A stretch of DNA of 64,000 nucleotides, from the NCBI GenBank assembly GCA_963762775.1, contig CAVXMD010000009.1, positions 2,897 through 66,896 of the forward strand, given 5' to 3'. The stretch comes from an uncultured Actinomycetota bacterium. Lineage in GTDB: Bacteria > Actinomycetota > Actinomycetes > Propionibacteriales > Propionibacteriaceae. Positions 32,346 through 42,551 of the stretch are shown here, in pieces (the first letter of the stretch is position 1; each line of letters begins with the position of its first letter). The notes under the pieces were generated by a model. The model searched no databases, was not told where the DNA came from, and saw only the letters and a list, made by a program, of their open reading frames with translations. The translations under genes were made by a program, and so were the position numbers.

Positions 32346-33533
32346 ATGAAGTCCGTCGCCGACCTGGGGGACCTGCGCGGCACGCGCGTCCTCGTCCGCT
32401 GCGACCTGAACGTCCCCCTCGACGGGGAGACGATCACTGACGACGGCCGCATCCGGGCCTCCGTCCCGACGCTGACCCAGCTCCGCGACGCGGGCGCCCG
32501 GGTCGTCGTCATGGCCCACCTCGGCCGGCCGAAGGGCCAGGTGAACCCCAAGTACTCGCTCGCCCCCGCGGCGAAGCGGCTCGGCGAGCTCCTCGGCACC
32601 GACGTGCGGCTGGCCTCCGACGTCGTCGGCGAGTCCGCGGCCGCGATGGTCGCAGGGCTCGGTGACGGCGAGATCGGCATGCTCGAGAACGTCCGCTACG
32701 AGCCGGCCGAGGAGTCCAAGGTCGACGCGGAGCGGGCGGAGCTCGCCCAGAGGTACGCGTCGTTCGGCGACGTCTTCGTCTCCGACGGCTTCGGGGTCGT
32801 GCACCGCAAGCAGGCCAGCGTGTACGACGTCGCCTCGCTCCTCCCGAACGCCGCCGGCGGGCTCGTGCTCGCCGAGGTCGAGGTGCTGAAGCGCCTGACC
32901 GAGTCGCCCGAGCGCCCGTACGTCGTGGTCCTCGGCGGCGCCAAGGTGTCGGACAAGCTCGCCGTCATCGCCAACCTGCTCAGCACCGCCGACACCCTCG
33001 TGGTCGGCGGCGGGATGCTCTTCACCTTCCTCGCGGCCCAGGGCCACGAAGTCGGCACCAGCCTGCTGGAGCGCGACCAGATCGACGTGGTGAAGGGCTA
33101 CCTCGAGCAGGCGGAGGCCGCCGGCAAGCAGATCGTGCTGCCGAGCGACATCGTCGTGGCGCCGGAGTTCAAGGCCGACGCCCCGCCCACCGTGGTCGCC
33201 GCAGACGCCATCCCGGCCGACCAGCTCGGGCTCGACATCGGCCCCGAGTCGGCGAAGGCGTTCGCCGACGTCGTGCGCGGCGCGAGGACCGTCTTCTGGA
33301 ACGGCCCGATGGGCGTCGCCGAGTGGTCCGCCTTCGCTCACGGGACCCGGGCCGTCGCCCAGGCCCTCACCGAGGTCGACGGCCTCTCGGTCGTCGGCGG
33401 TGGCGACTCCGCCGCCGCGGTCCGCGACCTGGGCTTCGCCGACGACGACTTCGGCCACATCTCCACGGGTGGCGGCGCCAGCCTGGAGTACCTCGAGGGC
33501 AAGACCCTCCCCGGTCTCGCCGTCCTCGGCTGA
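32346..33533 (+). CDS. pgk: Phosphoglycerate kinase
   Basis: [14 protein letters not shown]...[13 protein letters not shown]...MAHLGRPKG...[11 protein letters not shown]...GGGDSAAAV. Confidence 0.96.
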   Translation: MKSVADLGDLRGTRVLVRCDLNVPLDGETITDDGRIRASVPTLTQLRDAGARVVVMAHLGRPKGQVNPKYSLAPAAKRLGELLGTDVRLASDVVGESAAAMVAGLGDGEIGMLENVRYEPAEESKVDAERAELAQRYASFGDVFVSDGFGVVHRKQASVYDVASLLPNAAGGLVLAEVEVLKRLTESPERPYVVVLGGAKVSDKLAVIANLLSTADTLVVGGGMLFTFLAAQGHEVGTSLLERDQIDVVKGYLEQAEAAGKQIVLPSDIVVAPEFKADAPPTVVAADAIPADQLGLDIGPESAKAFADVVRGARTVFWNGPMGVAEWSAFAHGTRAVAQALTEVDGLSVVGGGDSAAAVRDLGFADDDFGHISTGGGASLEYLEGKTLPGLAVLG

Positions 33534-33596
33534 GCCCACCACCTCCGTACGACCCACCCCTGGCCCGGCTCGTCGGGCCGAACCCGAAGGATCCCT

Positions 33597-34385
33597 GTGC
33601 CCCGCACGCCGCTGATGGCCGGCAACTGGAAGATGAACCTCAACCACGTCGAGGCGGTGGGCTTCGTGCAGAAGCTGGCCTGGACCCTCGACGACCGCAA
33701 GCACGACCCGAAGCGTTCCGAGGTCGTCGTGCTGCCGCCGTTCACCGACCTGCGCAGCGTGCAGACGCTCGTGGACGGCGACCGGCTCAAGGTCACGTAC
33801 GGCGCGCAGGACCTCTCGGCGAACGACCCCGGCGCCTACACCGGTGAGATCTCGGCGGGGATGCTCGCCAAGCTCGGCTGCCGCTACGTGACGGTCGGGC
33901 ACTCGGAGCGCCGCTTCTACCACCACGAGGACGACGCGCTGGTCAACCTCAAGGCACACAAGGCGGTCGCGGCCGGGATCACGCCGATCATCTGCGTCGG
34001 CGAGGGCAAGGACGTCCGCCAGACCGGCGAGCACGTCGCCTACGTCGTCGCGCAGGTCAACGCCGCGCTCGCCGGCTTCTCCGCCGCGCAGGTCGCCACG
34101 TTCGTGATCGCGTACGAGCCGGTCTGGGCGATCGGCACCGGCGAGGTCGCGACCCCGGAGAACGCGCAGGAGGTCTGCGCCGCGATCCGCGGCGTCGTCG
34201 CCGAGCTCCACGACCAGGACACCGCCGACGCCGTGCGCGTGCTCTACGGCGGTTCGGTGAAGGCCGACAACGTCACCGGGATCATGGACCAGGCCGACGT
34301 CGACGGCTGCCTCGTCGGCGGCGCCAGCCTCAAGGTCGACGAGTTCGCGGGCATCGCCCGCTTCTACGACCTGCCCAGCCTCTGA
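33597..34385 (+). CDS. tpiA: Triosephosphate isomerase
   Basis: [13 protein letters not shown]...VGHSERR...IICVGE...[11 protein letters not shown]...YGGSVK. Confidence 0.96.
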   Translation: MPRTPLMAGNWKMNLNHVEAVGFVQKLAWTLDDRKHDPKRSEVVVLPPFTDLRSVQTLVDGDRLKVTYGAQDLSANDPGAYTGEISAGMLAKLGCRYVTVGHSERRFYHHEDDALVNLKAHKAVAAGITPIICVGEGKDVRQTGEHVAYVVAQVNAALAGFSAAQVATFVIAYEPVWAIGTGEVATPENAQEVCAAIRGVVAELHDQDTADAVRVLYGGSVKADNVTGIMDQADVDGCLVGGASLKVDEFAGIARFYDLPSL

Positions 34386-34448
34386 CGCGACGTCCTGAGG
34401 CCCTGACGCCCTGACCGACCCCCTCCGGGGTCCCGGCCCACCCGTTCC

Positions 34449-34538
34449 GGCTTTTCACGTTCACGTGAAAAACCCGCGCTGCACCCAGCAGATCTGCCGT
34501 GGGTAGCGCGGGTCTTTCACGTGAACGTGAAAAACCGA
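34449..34538. repeat. ~90 bp near-perfect palindrome with AT-rich TTCACGTGAA cores, between tpiA and secG
   Basis: The left arm GGCTTTTCACGTTCACGTGAAAAACCCGCGCTGCACCC (34449-34486) is the reverse complement, with about 3 differences, of the right arm GGGTAGCGCGGGTCTTTCACGTGAACGTGAAAAACC (34501-34536). The centre is the palindrome GCAGATCTGC. Confidence 0.85.
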
Positions 34539-34643
34539 GCCGGGCCGACCCAGGACCGGGAGCGGCGGGCTTCCGGGCGGAGCGGCTCGAGGAGAGGGCT
34601 GCGGGAGGTCGGTACCGGCGCAGGGCTGGGTTAAAGTTGAGTC

Positions 34644-34910
34644 GTGCCTGTGCTCGTGCCCCTGATGACCACCCCGATCCTGATCTTCTCGATCGTGCTG
34701 GTCGTGACCAGCGTCGCGCTGGCGCTGTTCGTCCTGCTCCACAAGGGCCGCGGCGGTGGCCTGTCCGACCTGTTCGGCGGCGGGATCTCGTCGTCGCTGG
34801 GCGGGTCCTCGGTGGCCGAGCGCAACCTCGACCGGCTGACGATCATCATCGCGGTCGTCTGGCTGGCCTGCATCGTCGCCCTCGGCCTGCTCTACAAGCT
34901 CGGTTCCTGA
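34644..34910 (+). CDS. secG: Preprotein translocase subunit SecG
   Basis: An 88 aa protein with two TM segments and the central motif LLHKGRGGGLSDLFGGG. Confidence 0.88.
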   Translation: MPVLVPLMTTPILIFSIVLVVTSVALALFVLLHKGRGGGLSDLFGGGISSSLGGSSVAERNLDRLTIIIAVVWLACIVALGLLYKLGS

Positions 34911-35027
34911 CCCGGCGCGTCCCCACGGCGCGCCGCACGACGTCTCACAACCACGCACCACAGGATGTGGACGCCTGACAACGTGCACGATGTGCACGCC
35001 TGACGAGAGACGACCGGGGGAGCAGAC

Positions 35028-35387
35028 GTGGCTGGTGGCGGGAGCGCGATCCGGGGGAGCCGGGTCGGTGCAGGGCCGATGGGCGAGGCGGAGCGCGGGG
35101 ACACCGCGCCCCGGCTGTACGTCTCCTACTTCTGCTCGTCGGGGCACGAGACGCGGCCGGCCTTTGCCGCCGACGCCGCGGTGCCGCCGGTGTGGGACTG
35201 CCCGCGGTGCGGCCTGCCGTCGAACCTCGACGCCAAGAACCCCCCGCCGCCGCCGAAGACCGAGCCGTACAAGACGCACCTCGCCTACGTGAAGGAGCGG
35301 CGCAGCGACAACGAGGCCGCGACCATCCTGAGCGAGGCGCTGCAGACCCTGCGCGACCGCCGGGCCCGCGGCGAAGTCATCTACTGA
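35028..35387 (+). CDS. rbpA: RNA polymerase-binding protein RbpA
   Basis: AIRGSRVGAGPMGEAERGDTAPRLYVSYFCSSGHETRPAFA...WDCPRCGLP...PYKTHLAYVKERRSDNEAATILSEAL. Confidence 0.9.
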   Translation: MAGGGSAIRGSRVGAGPMGEAERGDTAPRLYVSYFCSSGHETRPAFAADAAVPPVWDCPRCGLPSNLDAKNPPPPPKTEPYKTHLAYVKERRSDNEAATILSEALQTLRDRRARGEVIY

Positions 35388-35451
35388 TCGTCCCGGCGCC
35401 GCCGCCCGGTACGCCGGGCTGGAGGGGCTGTACCGCGCGGACGCCGTCGAG

Positions 35452-35793
35452 GTGGCGGCCGTCGCCTTCACGAACGTCTTCGCGGGCGCGACCGTGGACG
35501 CACCCGTGCGCGAGAGCCACCGGATCGACGAGGTCGTCGCCTGGATGGCCGGCATCTCCCTGGCCACCGGTCTGCTCGGGACCGTCGACGGCGCGACCTG
35601 GCAGCTCCTGCAGCCGTACGTGCTCGAGTCGGTCTGCCTCTGGGAGCAGGCCCGGAGCGCCTCGACCCGGACGCCGGGCGGCGACCGTGCCCGGGTGATC
35701 TGCTGCCTGCTCAGGCGCGGCGAGGGCGTGCTCGGCTCGTCCGACCCGGTCCGTACCCTGCGTGAGCTGCTCGACGGGGTGGAGCTGCGCTGA
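35452..35793 (+). CDS. Hypothetical protein (113 aa)
   Basis: GTG start and strong G/C third-position bias in this frame. No recognisable family. Confidence 0.45.
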   Translation: MAAVAFTNVFAGATVDAPVRESHRIDEVVAWMAGISLATGLLGTVDGATWQLLQPYVLESVCLWEQARSASTRTPGGDRARVICCLLRRGEGVLGSSDPVRTLRELLDGVELR

Positions 35794-35858
35794 GCGCGTC
35801 CGCCGCCTCCGAGCGTCACGAGCACCTGGCCCGCTGGCTCCACGGAGCGGTCGCGGTC

Positions 35859-36467
35859 GTGGTCGGGGCCGCGCTGGCCGTCCAGCTCGTCCTGGTCCTG
35901 CTGGGCGGCACCGACGTGAGCACGGGGGAGAGCGCGGCGGGCATCCCCACGTCGACCGCGCTGGTCCGGCTCGTCAGCTACTTCACGATCCAGAGCAACC
36001 TGTTCGTGCTGGTCGCCGCGGTGACGCTCGCCGTCGCCCCGGGGCGTGACGGCCGGGTGTGGCGCGTCGTCCGGCTGGACGCGCTGCTCGCGATCGCGGT
36101 GACGGGCGTCGTCTACAACACGCTGCTCGCGCCGCTCGTGCACCTCGACGGCCTCGCGCTCTGGACGAACACGGCCCTGCACGTGGTCTCGCCGGTCCTC
36201 GCGCTCGCGGTGTGGCTCGCTGTCGGACCGCGACCGCGGATCACCTGGGGCACGGTCGGCTGGGCCTTCGTCTGGCCGGTCGCCTGGATCGTGCACACAT
36301 TCGTCCGCGGGGCGGTGACGGGCTGGTACCCCTACCCGTTCATGGACGCCGCCGCGCTCGGCCTGCCGCGGGCCGTGGGCACGACGTCGCTCGTGATCGT
36401 CCTCGCCCTGGTGCTGGCGGTCGTGCTGAAGGTCCTGGACCGGCGGCTGCCTCCGACGAGGCGCTGA
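35859..36467 (+). CDS. Pr6Pr-family (FAR-17a/AIG1-like) membrane protein
   Basis: LVRLVSYFTIQSNLFVLVAAVTLAV...VVYNTLLAP...WTNTALHVVSPVLALAVWLAVGPRP...GWYPYPFMD. Confidence 0.7.
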   Translation: MVGAALAVQLVLVLLGGTDVSTGESAAGIPTSTALVRLVSYFTIQSNLFVLVAAVTLAVAPGRDGRVWRVVRLDALLAIAVTGVVYNTLLAPLVHLDGLALWTNTALHVVSPVLALAVWLAVGPRPRITWGTVGWAFVWPVAWIVHTFVRGAVTGWYPYPFMDAAALGLPRAVGTTSLVIVLALVLAVVLKVLDRRLPPTRR

Positions 36468-36495
36468 CCGCCGGTCCGTGCACCAGGGTCCGGGC

Positions 36496-37245
36496 TCAGG
36501 CCCGGACGACCTCGACCGTGTCCGGCAGGTCGGCCGCCGCGGCGGCGTCGACCAGCCACACCGTGGCCTCGGTCCCGTGGGCCCGTGCCGCCGGGACGGG
36601 GTCGGGCCCGGTGCTCAGGACGCCCTTCGCGACGGCCCCGGACTTCTCAGCCCCGCTCACCAGGAACCACACCTGCCGCGACCGGTCGATGACGTCCATC
36701 GTGACGCTGATCCGGTCCGGCGGCGGCTTGGGGGACTCGCGCACGGCGATGACGCTGCCGGGCGACGAGGACGACGGGTGGTCGGGGAAGAGGGACGCGA
36801 CGTGCCCGTCGGGCCCCATCCCCAGCAGGCACACGTCGAACACCGTGCCGCCGAGCTCGCTCGCGTACGCGGCGGCCGCCTCGTCGAGCTCCATCCCGGC
36901 GTCCGAGGCCGGCATCACGTGGACGAAGCGGTCGTCGAGACGCAGCGGTCCACGCAGGACGGCGAGGGTGCCGTCCGCGTTGCGGTCGTCGGCCCCGGTC
37001 GGGACGAAGCGCTCGTCGCCCCACCACAGGTCGACCCGGGACCAGTCGACGTCACCCGGCCCGTCGGCGGCGAGCCGGGCGTAGACCTTCGTGGCGATGC
37101 CACCGCCGGTGAGGCAGACCTGCGGGACGCGCCCGCGGGCCTGCACGTCGGCCAGCGTCGCCGTGAGGCGCTCCGCGACCGCCTCCGCGACCTGGTCGGC
37201 CCCGGCGTAGACCCAGATCTCCGCCGGGACCCCGTCGTCCGTCAC
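36496..37245 (-). CDS. pgl: 6-phosphogluconolactonase
   Basis: GTG 37245 lies 4 nt after the tal stop. [16 protein letters not shown]...[15 protein letters not shown]...[18 protein letters not shown]. Confidence 0.88.
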   Translation of the reverse strand: MTDDGVPAEIWVYAGADQVAEAVAERLTATLADVQARGRVPQVCLTGGGIATKVYARLAADGPGDVDWSRVDLWWGDERFVPTGADDRNADGTLAVLRGPLRLDDRFVHVMPASDAGMELDEAAAAYASELGGTVFDVCLLGMGPDGHVASLFPDHPSSSSPGSVIAVRESPKPPPDRISVTMDVIDRSRQVWFLVSGAEKSGAVAKGVLSTGPDPVPAARAHGTEATVWLVDAAAAADLPDTVEVVRA

Positions 37246-37249
37246 CGGC

Positions 37250-38413
37250 TCAGGAGATCTGGTCGCCGGGACCGTCGACGTCGGTCGACTCGCCGGGCGC
37301 CTTGCCCGACTTCGCGTCGTCCAGCGACTTCTGGACGGTGTCGACGAGCTCGGCCCACGACTTGTCGAACTTGTCGACGCCTTCCTTCTCGAGCACGTCC
37401 CACACGTCGTCGAGGTCGATGCCCACGGCCTCGAGCTGGGAGAAGGTCTCGGCCGCCTCGTCCTCGGTGCCACTCACTCGGTCGCCGACGAGCTCGCCGT
37501 GGTCGCCGAAGGCCTGCATGGTCTTCTCCGGCATGGTGTTGACGGTGTTCGCCACCACGAGCTCGGTCACGTACATGGTGTCGGGGTAGGCCGGGTCCTT
37601 GACGCCGGTCGAGGCCCACAGCGGACGCTGACGGTTGGCGCCCTTCTCCTGCAGCGCCGCGAAGCGCTCGGAGGCGAACACCTCTTCGTACGCCGCGTAG
37701 GCGAGCCGGCCGTTGGCGATGGCCGCCTTGCCCTTGAGCGCCTTGGCCTCGTCGCTGCCGATGGCGTCGAGGCGCTTGTCGACCTCGGAGTCGACGCGGG
37801 AGATGAAGAAGGACGCGACCGACTCGATGCGGCTGAGGTCGTGGCCGTTGGCCGCGGCCTGCTCGAGGCCGGAGAGGTAGGCGTCCATGACGGCGCGGTA
37901 GCGGTCGAGGGAGAAGATCAGCGTCACGTTGACGCTGATGCCCTCGCCGATCGACGACGTGATCGCCGGCAGGCCGGGCTTGGTCGCCGGGATCTTGATC
38001 AGCACGTTCGGCCGGTCGACGATCTTCCACAGGTCGGCCGCCTGCGCGGTCGTGCCCTCGGTGTCCATGGCCAGGCCGGGCTCGACCTCGATGGAGACGC
38101 GGCCGTCCGTCCCGCCGGTGGACTCGTAGACGCCCTTGAAGACGTCGCACGCGTTGCGCACGTCGTCCGACGTCAGCGCCTTGATGGCGTCGTCGACGGA
38201 GGTGTCGCGCGCGGCGAGCTCACGCACCTGGTCGTCGTACGCCGCGCCGTTGGACAGGGCGGCGGCGAAGATCGTCGGGTTGGTCGTGACACCGACCACC
38301 GAGGAGCTGTCGATCAGCTCCTTGAGGTTGCCGGTGTTCAGCCGATCGCGGGACAGGTCGTCCAGCCAGATGGAGACCCCTTCGCCGGCCAGGCCCTGAA
38401 GTCGTTCGTTCAT
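37250..38413 (-). CDS. tal: Transaldolase (long actinobacterial type)
   Basis: [14 protein letters not shown]...[11 protein letters not shown]...GRVSIEV...LIKIPAT...[10 protein letters not shown]...ASFFISRVD. Confidence 0.95.
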   Translation of the reverse strand: MNERLQGLAGEGVSIWLDDLSRDRLNTGNLKELIDSSSVVGVTTNPTIFAAALSNGAAYDDQVRELAARDTSVDDAIKALTSDDVRNACDVFKGVYESTGGTDGRVSIEVEPGLAMDTEGTTAQAADLWKIVDRPNVLIKIPATKPGLPAITSSIGEGISVNVTLIFSLDRYRAVMDAYLSGLEQAAANGHDLSRIESVASFFISRVDSEVDKRLDAIGSDEAKALKGKAAIANGRLAYAAYEEVFASERFAALQEKGANRQRPLWASTGVKDPAYPDTMYVTELVVANTVNTMPEKTMQAFGDHGELVGDRVSGTEDEAAETFSQLEAVGIDLDDVWDVLEKEGVDKFDKSWAELVDTVQKSLDDAKSGKAPGESTDVDGPGDQIS

Positions 38414-38455
38414 GATCGTTGCTCCTCGTTCGCGAGGTGGATGGTGGGGTCGTGC

Positions 38456-40669
38456 TCAGCTGATCGTGGCACCGGCGTCGGGGGTGTGGTCGCCGGTGTT
38501 CTTGGGTCCGGCGGCCGCCGGGTGCAGCGGGGCCCCGGCGTCGTCGACGTGGGCCAGGCTCTCGCGGGCCGCGTCGGCCACGGTCTCCGCGGTGAAGCCG
38601 AACTCCTTGAACAGCAGCGCCCCGTCCGCGCTGGCGCCGTAGTGGTTGATGCTGACGATCCGGCCGGCGTCGCCGACGATGTCGCGCCAGCTGCCCGAGA
38701 CCCCGGCCTCGACGCTGACCCGGGCCTTGACCGCGGCCGGGATGACCGACTCGCGGTAGGCGTCGTCCTGCTCGTCGAACCACTCGCGGCACGGCATCGA
38801 GACGACCCGCACGGCGACGCCCTCGCCGGAGAGCGCCTCGGCCGCCCCGACGGCGAGCTGGACCTCGGAGCCCGTGGCGATGATGACCACGGTCTTGTCC
38901 GAGCCCACGTCGCCGAAGTCCTTGAGCACGTACGCGCCCTTGGCCACGTCCGCGGTGGTGGCGTAGCCGTCGGTCCCGCGCGGCACGATCGGCAGGTTCT
39001 GCCGGCTGAGGATCAGCCCGGCCGGCCGGTCGCCGTTGTGCAGGATCGCGGCCCAGGCGGCGGCCGTCTCGTTCGCGTCCGACGGGCGGACGACGTCGAG
39101 ACCCGGGATGAGCCGGAGCGACGAGACGTGCTCGATCGGCTGGTGGGTCGGGCCGTCCTCGCCCAGACCGATGGAGTCGTGGGTCCAGACGTAGGTGACC
39201 GGCACCCGCATCAGGGCCGACAGCCGCACCGCACCGCGCATGTAGTCGGAGAAGGTGAGGAACGTGCCGCCGTAGGGCCGCGTGCCGCCGTGGACCTTGA
39301 TCCCGTTCATGATCGCGCCCATGGCGTGCTCGCGGATGCCGAAGTGCAGCACCCGGCCGTACGGGCCGCCCTTGAACTCCTCGCTCTGCCGGTCGGTCGG
39401 CAGGAAGCTCGGCTCGCCCTTGGGGGTGGTGTTGTTCGAGCCGGCCAGGTCGGCCGAGCCGCCCCACAGCTCGGGCAGCTTCGGGGCGAGCGCGGTCAGC
39501 ACGCTGCCCGACGCGGCGCGGGTGGCGACGCCCTTCGGGTCGGCGTCCCAGGTCGGCAGCGCCTCCTCCCAGCCCGGGGTCAGCTCGTCGGCGACCATCC
39601 GGTCGTACAGCGCCTTCTCGTCGGGGCGGGTGGCGGCCCAGGTGTCGAAGCCCTTCTGCCACTCGTCCTGGGCGGCCTCGCCCCGGTCGCGCAGCCCGCG
39701 GGTGTGGGCCAGCACCTCGGGGTCGACCGCGAAGCTCTGCTCCGGGTCGAAGCCGAGCACCCGCTTGAGCGCCGCGACCTCGTCCTTGCCCAGCGCGCTG
39801 CCGTGCGCGCCCTCGGTGTTCTGCTTCGTCGGCGAGGGCCACGCGATGATCGTGCGGAGCTGGATGAAGGTGGGCTGGTCGGTGACCCGCCTGCCCTCCT
39901 CGATCGCGTCGAGCAGGGCCGCGACGTTCTCCTTGTACTCCCCGCCCTCGAGCCAGTCGACCGTCGCCACGTGCCAGCCGTACGCGGCGTAGCGGGCCGC
40001 GGTGTCCTCGGTCAGCGCGATGTCGGTGTGACCCTCGATCGAGATGAAGTTGCGGTCGTAGATCAGCGTGAGGTTGCCCAGCCGCTGGGTCGCGGCCAGC
40101 GACGACGCCTCGGAGCTGATGCCCTCCTCGATGTCGCCGTCGGAGGCCAGGCAGTAGATCTGGTGGTCGAAGACCGACTCGCCCAGCGGGGCGTCGGGGT
40201 CGAGCAGGCCGCGCTCGCGGCGGGCGGCCATGGCCATGCCGACCGCGTTGCCGATGCCCTGGCCGAGCGGACCGGTCGTGATCTCGACGCCGTCCGTGTG
40301 GCCGTACTCGGGGTGGCCCGGGGTCTTGGAGCCCCAGGTGCGCAGCCCCTCGATGTCCTCGATCTCGAGGCCCCAGCCGCCGAGGTAGAGCTGGAGGTAG
40401 AGCGAGATGCTCGAGTGGCCGCAGGAGAGGACGAACCGGTCACGGCCCGGCCAGTGCGGCTCGGCCGGGTTGTGCCGCATGACCTTCTGGAACAGCAGGT
40501 ACGCGACCGGGGCCAGGCTGATCGCGGTGCCGGGGTGGCCGTTGCCCACCTTCTGCACCGCGTCGGCGGCGAGGACGCGGATGGTGTCGACCGCCTTGGT
40601 GTCCAGGTCGGTCCACCCCTCGGGGAAGACGTCGTCCTCGGTGGGGGAGGTGGAGACGGTGTCGGTCAC
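38456..40669 (-). CDS. tkt: Transketolase
   Basis: [18 protein letters not shown]...[15 protein letters not shown]...GHPE...[16 protein letters not shown]...[13 protein letters not shown]...[15 protein letters not shown] start with GGAAGGA upstream. Confidence 0.96.
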   Translation of the reverse strand: MTDTVSTSPTEDDVFPEGWTDLDTKAVDTIRVLAADAVQKVGNGHPGTAISLAPVAYLLFQKVMRHNPAEPHWPGRDRFVLSCGHSSISLYLQLYLGGWGLEIEDIEGLRTWGSKTPGHPEYGHTDGVEITTGPLGQGIGNAVGMAMAARRERGLLDPDAPLGESVFDHQIYCLASDGDIEEGISSEASSLAATQRLGNLTLIYDRNFISIEGHTDIALTEDTAARYAAYGWHVATVDWLEGGEYKENVAALLDAIEEGRRVTDQPTFIQLRTIIAWPSPTKQNTEGAHGSALGKDEVAALKRVLGFDPEQSFAVDPEVLAHTRGLRDRGEAAQDEWQKGFDTWAATRPDEKALYDRMVADELTPGWEEALPTWDADPKGVATRAASGSVLTALAPKLPELWGGSADLAGSNNTTPKGEPSFLPTDRQSEEFKGGPYGRVLHFGIREHAMGAIMNGIKVHGGTRPYGGTFLTFSDYMRGAVRLSALMRVPVTYVWTHDSIGLGEDGPTHQPIEHVSSLRLIPGLDVVRPSDANETAAAWAAILHNGDRPAGLILSRQNLPIVPRGTDGYATTADVAKGAYVLKDFGDVGSDKTVVIIATGSEVQLAVGAAEALSGEGVAVRVVSMPCREWFDEQDDAYRESVIPAAVKARVSVEAGVSGSWRDIVGDAGRIVSINHYGASADGALLFKEFGFTAETVADAARESLAHVDDAGAPLHPAAAGPKNTGDHTPDAGATIS

Positions 40670-40987
40670 GGGCAGTCCTTCCGGGTACGGGCGCAGACAG
40701 AGGGGCGCCGACCGCGGGTGCGTCGACGACTCCCGACGCCCCGACCCTATCGACCGGCGTCCCGCGCAGAACAGGGCCTACCCGCAGGAGCCCCGACCAT
40801 TCACCTCGGCGTCACCCGGGTGCCCACCGACGACGTGGCCGACCGGTGCGCCGAGCGCCGCGGACGCGCGCCGCAGGGCGTCGCGTGGGCGGGCGCGGAG
40901 GGCATAACCTGGGTCGGCACCAAGCGGCCCGTCGGGCCACCCGCGCGGCGCTCGGCGCCCGCTCTTCGAGGTGCCCGTCGTGAGAGA

Positions 40988-41962
40988 GTGCAGCCTGTGA
41001 CCGCCCTGGACCTGACCGGCGACGCCGCGGCAGCGGACCGCGGCGGGGTCTCCGACGAGCGGACCGGGTCCTCGTCGACCGTCCGTGACGTCGCCTCGGC
41101 GTACGTGGGTCTCACCAAGCCGCGGATCATCGAGCTGCTGCTCGTCACCACCGTGCCGGCGATGTTCCTGGCCGCCCGCGGGGTGCCGTCGCTGCGGCTC
41201 GTGCTGCTCACCATGCTCGGCGGCTGCTTCGCCGCCGCGAGCGCCAACGCGTTCAACTGCGTGCTCGACCGTGACATCGACGAGCAGATGCGCCGGACGC
41301 GGCGCCGGGCCCTCCCGCGCCACGCGGTCGACCCGCGGGCGGCGACGGCCTTCGCCGCGTTCCTCGGCGTCGTCGCGACGCTGGTGCTGGGCTACGGGGT
41401 CAACTGGCTCTCGGCCGGCCTGGCCCTCGGCGCGAACGCCTTCTACGTCCTCGTGTACACGATGGTGCTCAAGCGCCGCACCTCCCAGAACATCGTCTGG
41501 GGCGGGATCGCCGGCTGCTTCCCGCCGCTGATCGGCTGGACGGCCGTCACCGGCCACATCGCGCTGGCCCCGTTCGTGCTCTTCGCGATCGTCTTCTTCT
41601 GGACCCCTCCGCACACCTGGGCCCTGGCGTTCCGCTACCGGGCCGACTACGCGGCCGCGCACGTCCCGATGCTGCCCGTGGTGCGCCCAGCCCCCGTCGT
41701 CGCGCGCCAGATCCTCGGCTACACCGTCGTGACGGTGCTGGTCTCGCTGTCGCTCTGGCCCATCGCCGGGACGGGCTGGCTCTACCCTGCCGTCGCCGCC
41801 GTGACAGGGGCCGTCTTCCTCGTCGAGGCCGTGCAGCTGTACGCCCGTGCCCGCGCCGGCCTCACGGACGCCGCCCTGCGCCCGATGCGCCTGTTCCACT
41901 GGTCGAACTCGTACCTGGCCCTGGTCTTCGTCGCCGCGGCCGTCGACCCCCTCCTGCGCTGA
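40988..41962 (+). CDS. ctaB: Protoheme IX farnesyltransferase (heme O synthase)
   Basis: [24 protein letters not shown]...[25 protein letters not shown]...[16 protein letters not shown] at 40988 or 40997. Confidence 0.9.
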   Translation: MQPVTALDLTGDAAAADRGGVSDERTGSSSTVRDVASAYVGLTKPRIIELLLVTTVPAMFLAARGVPSLRLVLLTMLGGCFAAASANAFNCVLDRDIDEQMRRTRRRALPRHAVDPRAATAFAAFLGVVATLVLGYGVNWLSAGLALGANAFYVLVYTMVLKRRTSQNIVWGGIAGCFPPLIGWTAVTGHIALAPFVLFAIVFFWTPPHTWALAFRYRADYAAAHVPMLPVVRPAPVVARQILGYTVVTVLVSLSLWPIAGTGWLYPAVAAVTGAVFLVEAVQLYARARAGLTDAALRPMRLFHWSNSYLALVFVAAAVDPLLR

Positions 41963-41978
41963 CTGCTCCTGCTCGCAC

Positions 41979-42497
41979 GTGACCCAGTCCGTCGAGCTGC
42001 TGCTGGACGCCGGGTCCGAGGGGGCCGTCGTCGCGGAGTGGGCACGGCTCGCCGCTACGGGCCTCCCCACCGAGCAGCGCGTCGAGCCGAGCCCGACGCA
42101 CCGGCCGCACGTGACGCTGTGGGCCGGCCCGGTGCTGGCGTCCGACGCGGACGCGGCGCTGCCGGGCCTGGTGGCGGGGATCGAGCTCCCGCTGCTGCTG
42201 GGGTCGCTGCTGGTCTTCGGTCCCTACCGGGGCCGGGTGGTCCTCGTCCGGCAGGTGGTCGCGAGCGCGGCCCTGCTGGCCCTGCAGTCGCGGGTCGCGC
42301 GACGCTGCGGCGTCGAGCCCGACAGCCACTTCGCGCCGGGCCGCTGGAGCCCGCACGTCACCCTGGCTCGCCGGGTCGTCCTCGACCAGGTCGGGTCGGT
42401 GCTCGCCGCGCTGGGCGAGGTGGCCGACCTGGGGGCCGTCAGCCGGACGTGCCGACGGTGGGACGGCGACGCCAAGGTGGCCTGGGACCTGACGTGA
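41979..42497 (+). CDS. 2H-phosphoesterase / 2'-5' RNA ligase-superfamily protein
   Basis: Two HxT motifs, HVTLW and HVTLA, about 85 residues apart. GTG start at 41979. Confidence 0.6.
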   Translation: MTQSVELLLDAGSEGAVVAEWARLAATGLPTEQRVEPSPTHRPHVTLWAGPVLASDADAALPGLVAGIELPLLLGSLLVFGPYRGRVVLVRQVVASAALLALQSRVARRCGVEPDSHFAPGRWSPHVTLARRVVLDQVGSVLAALGEVADLGAVSRTCRRWDGDAKVAWDLT

Positions 42498-42551
42498 CGC
42501 GGCCCGGCCCCGTACGAGACGGGACCGGGCCGGGTCAGCCCAGGACGGCGG

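Noticed and set aside
34911-35027. A sigma-R-type (GGAAT-N18-GTT) promoter upstream of rbpA, and the repeated ACGCCTGAC motif.
   Set aside because: Only a partial GGAT…GTG resemblance with uncertain spacing; I cannot support it from sequence alone.
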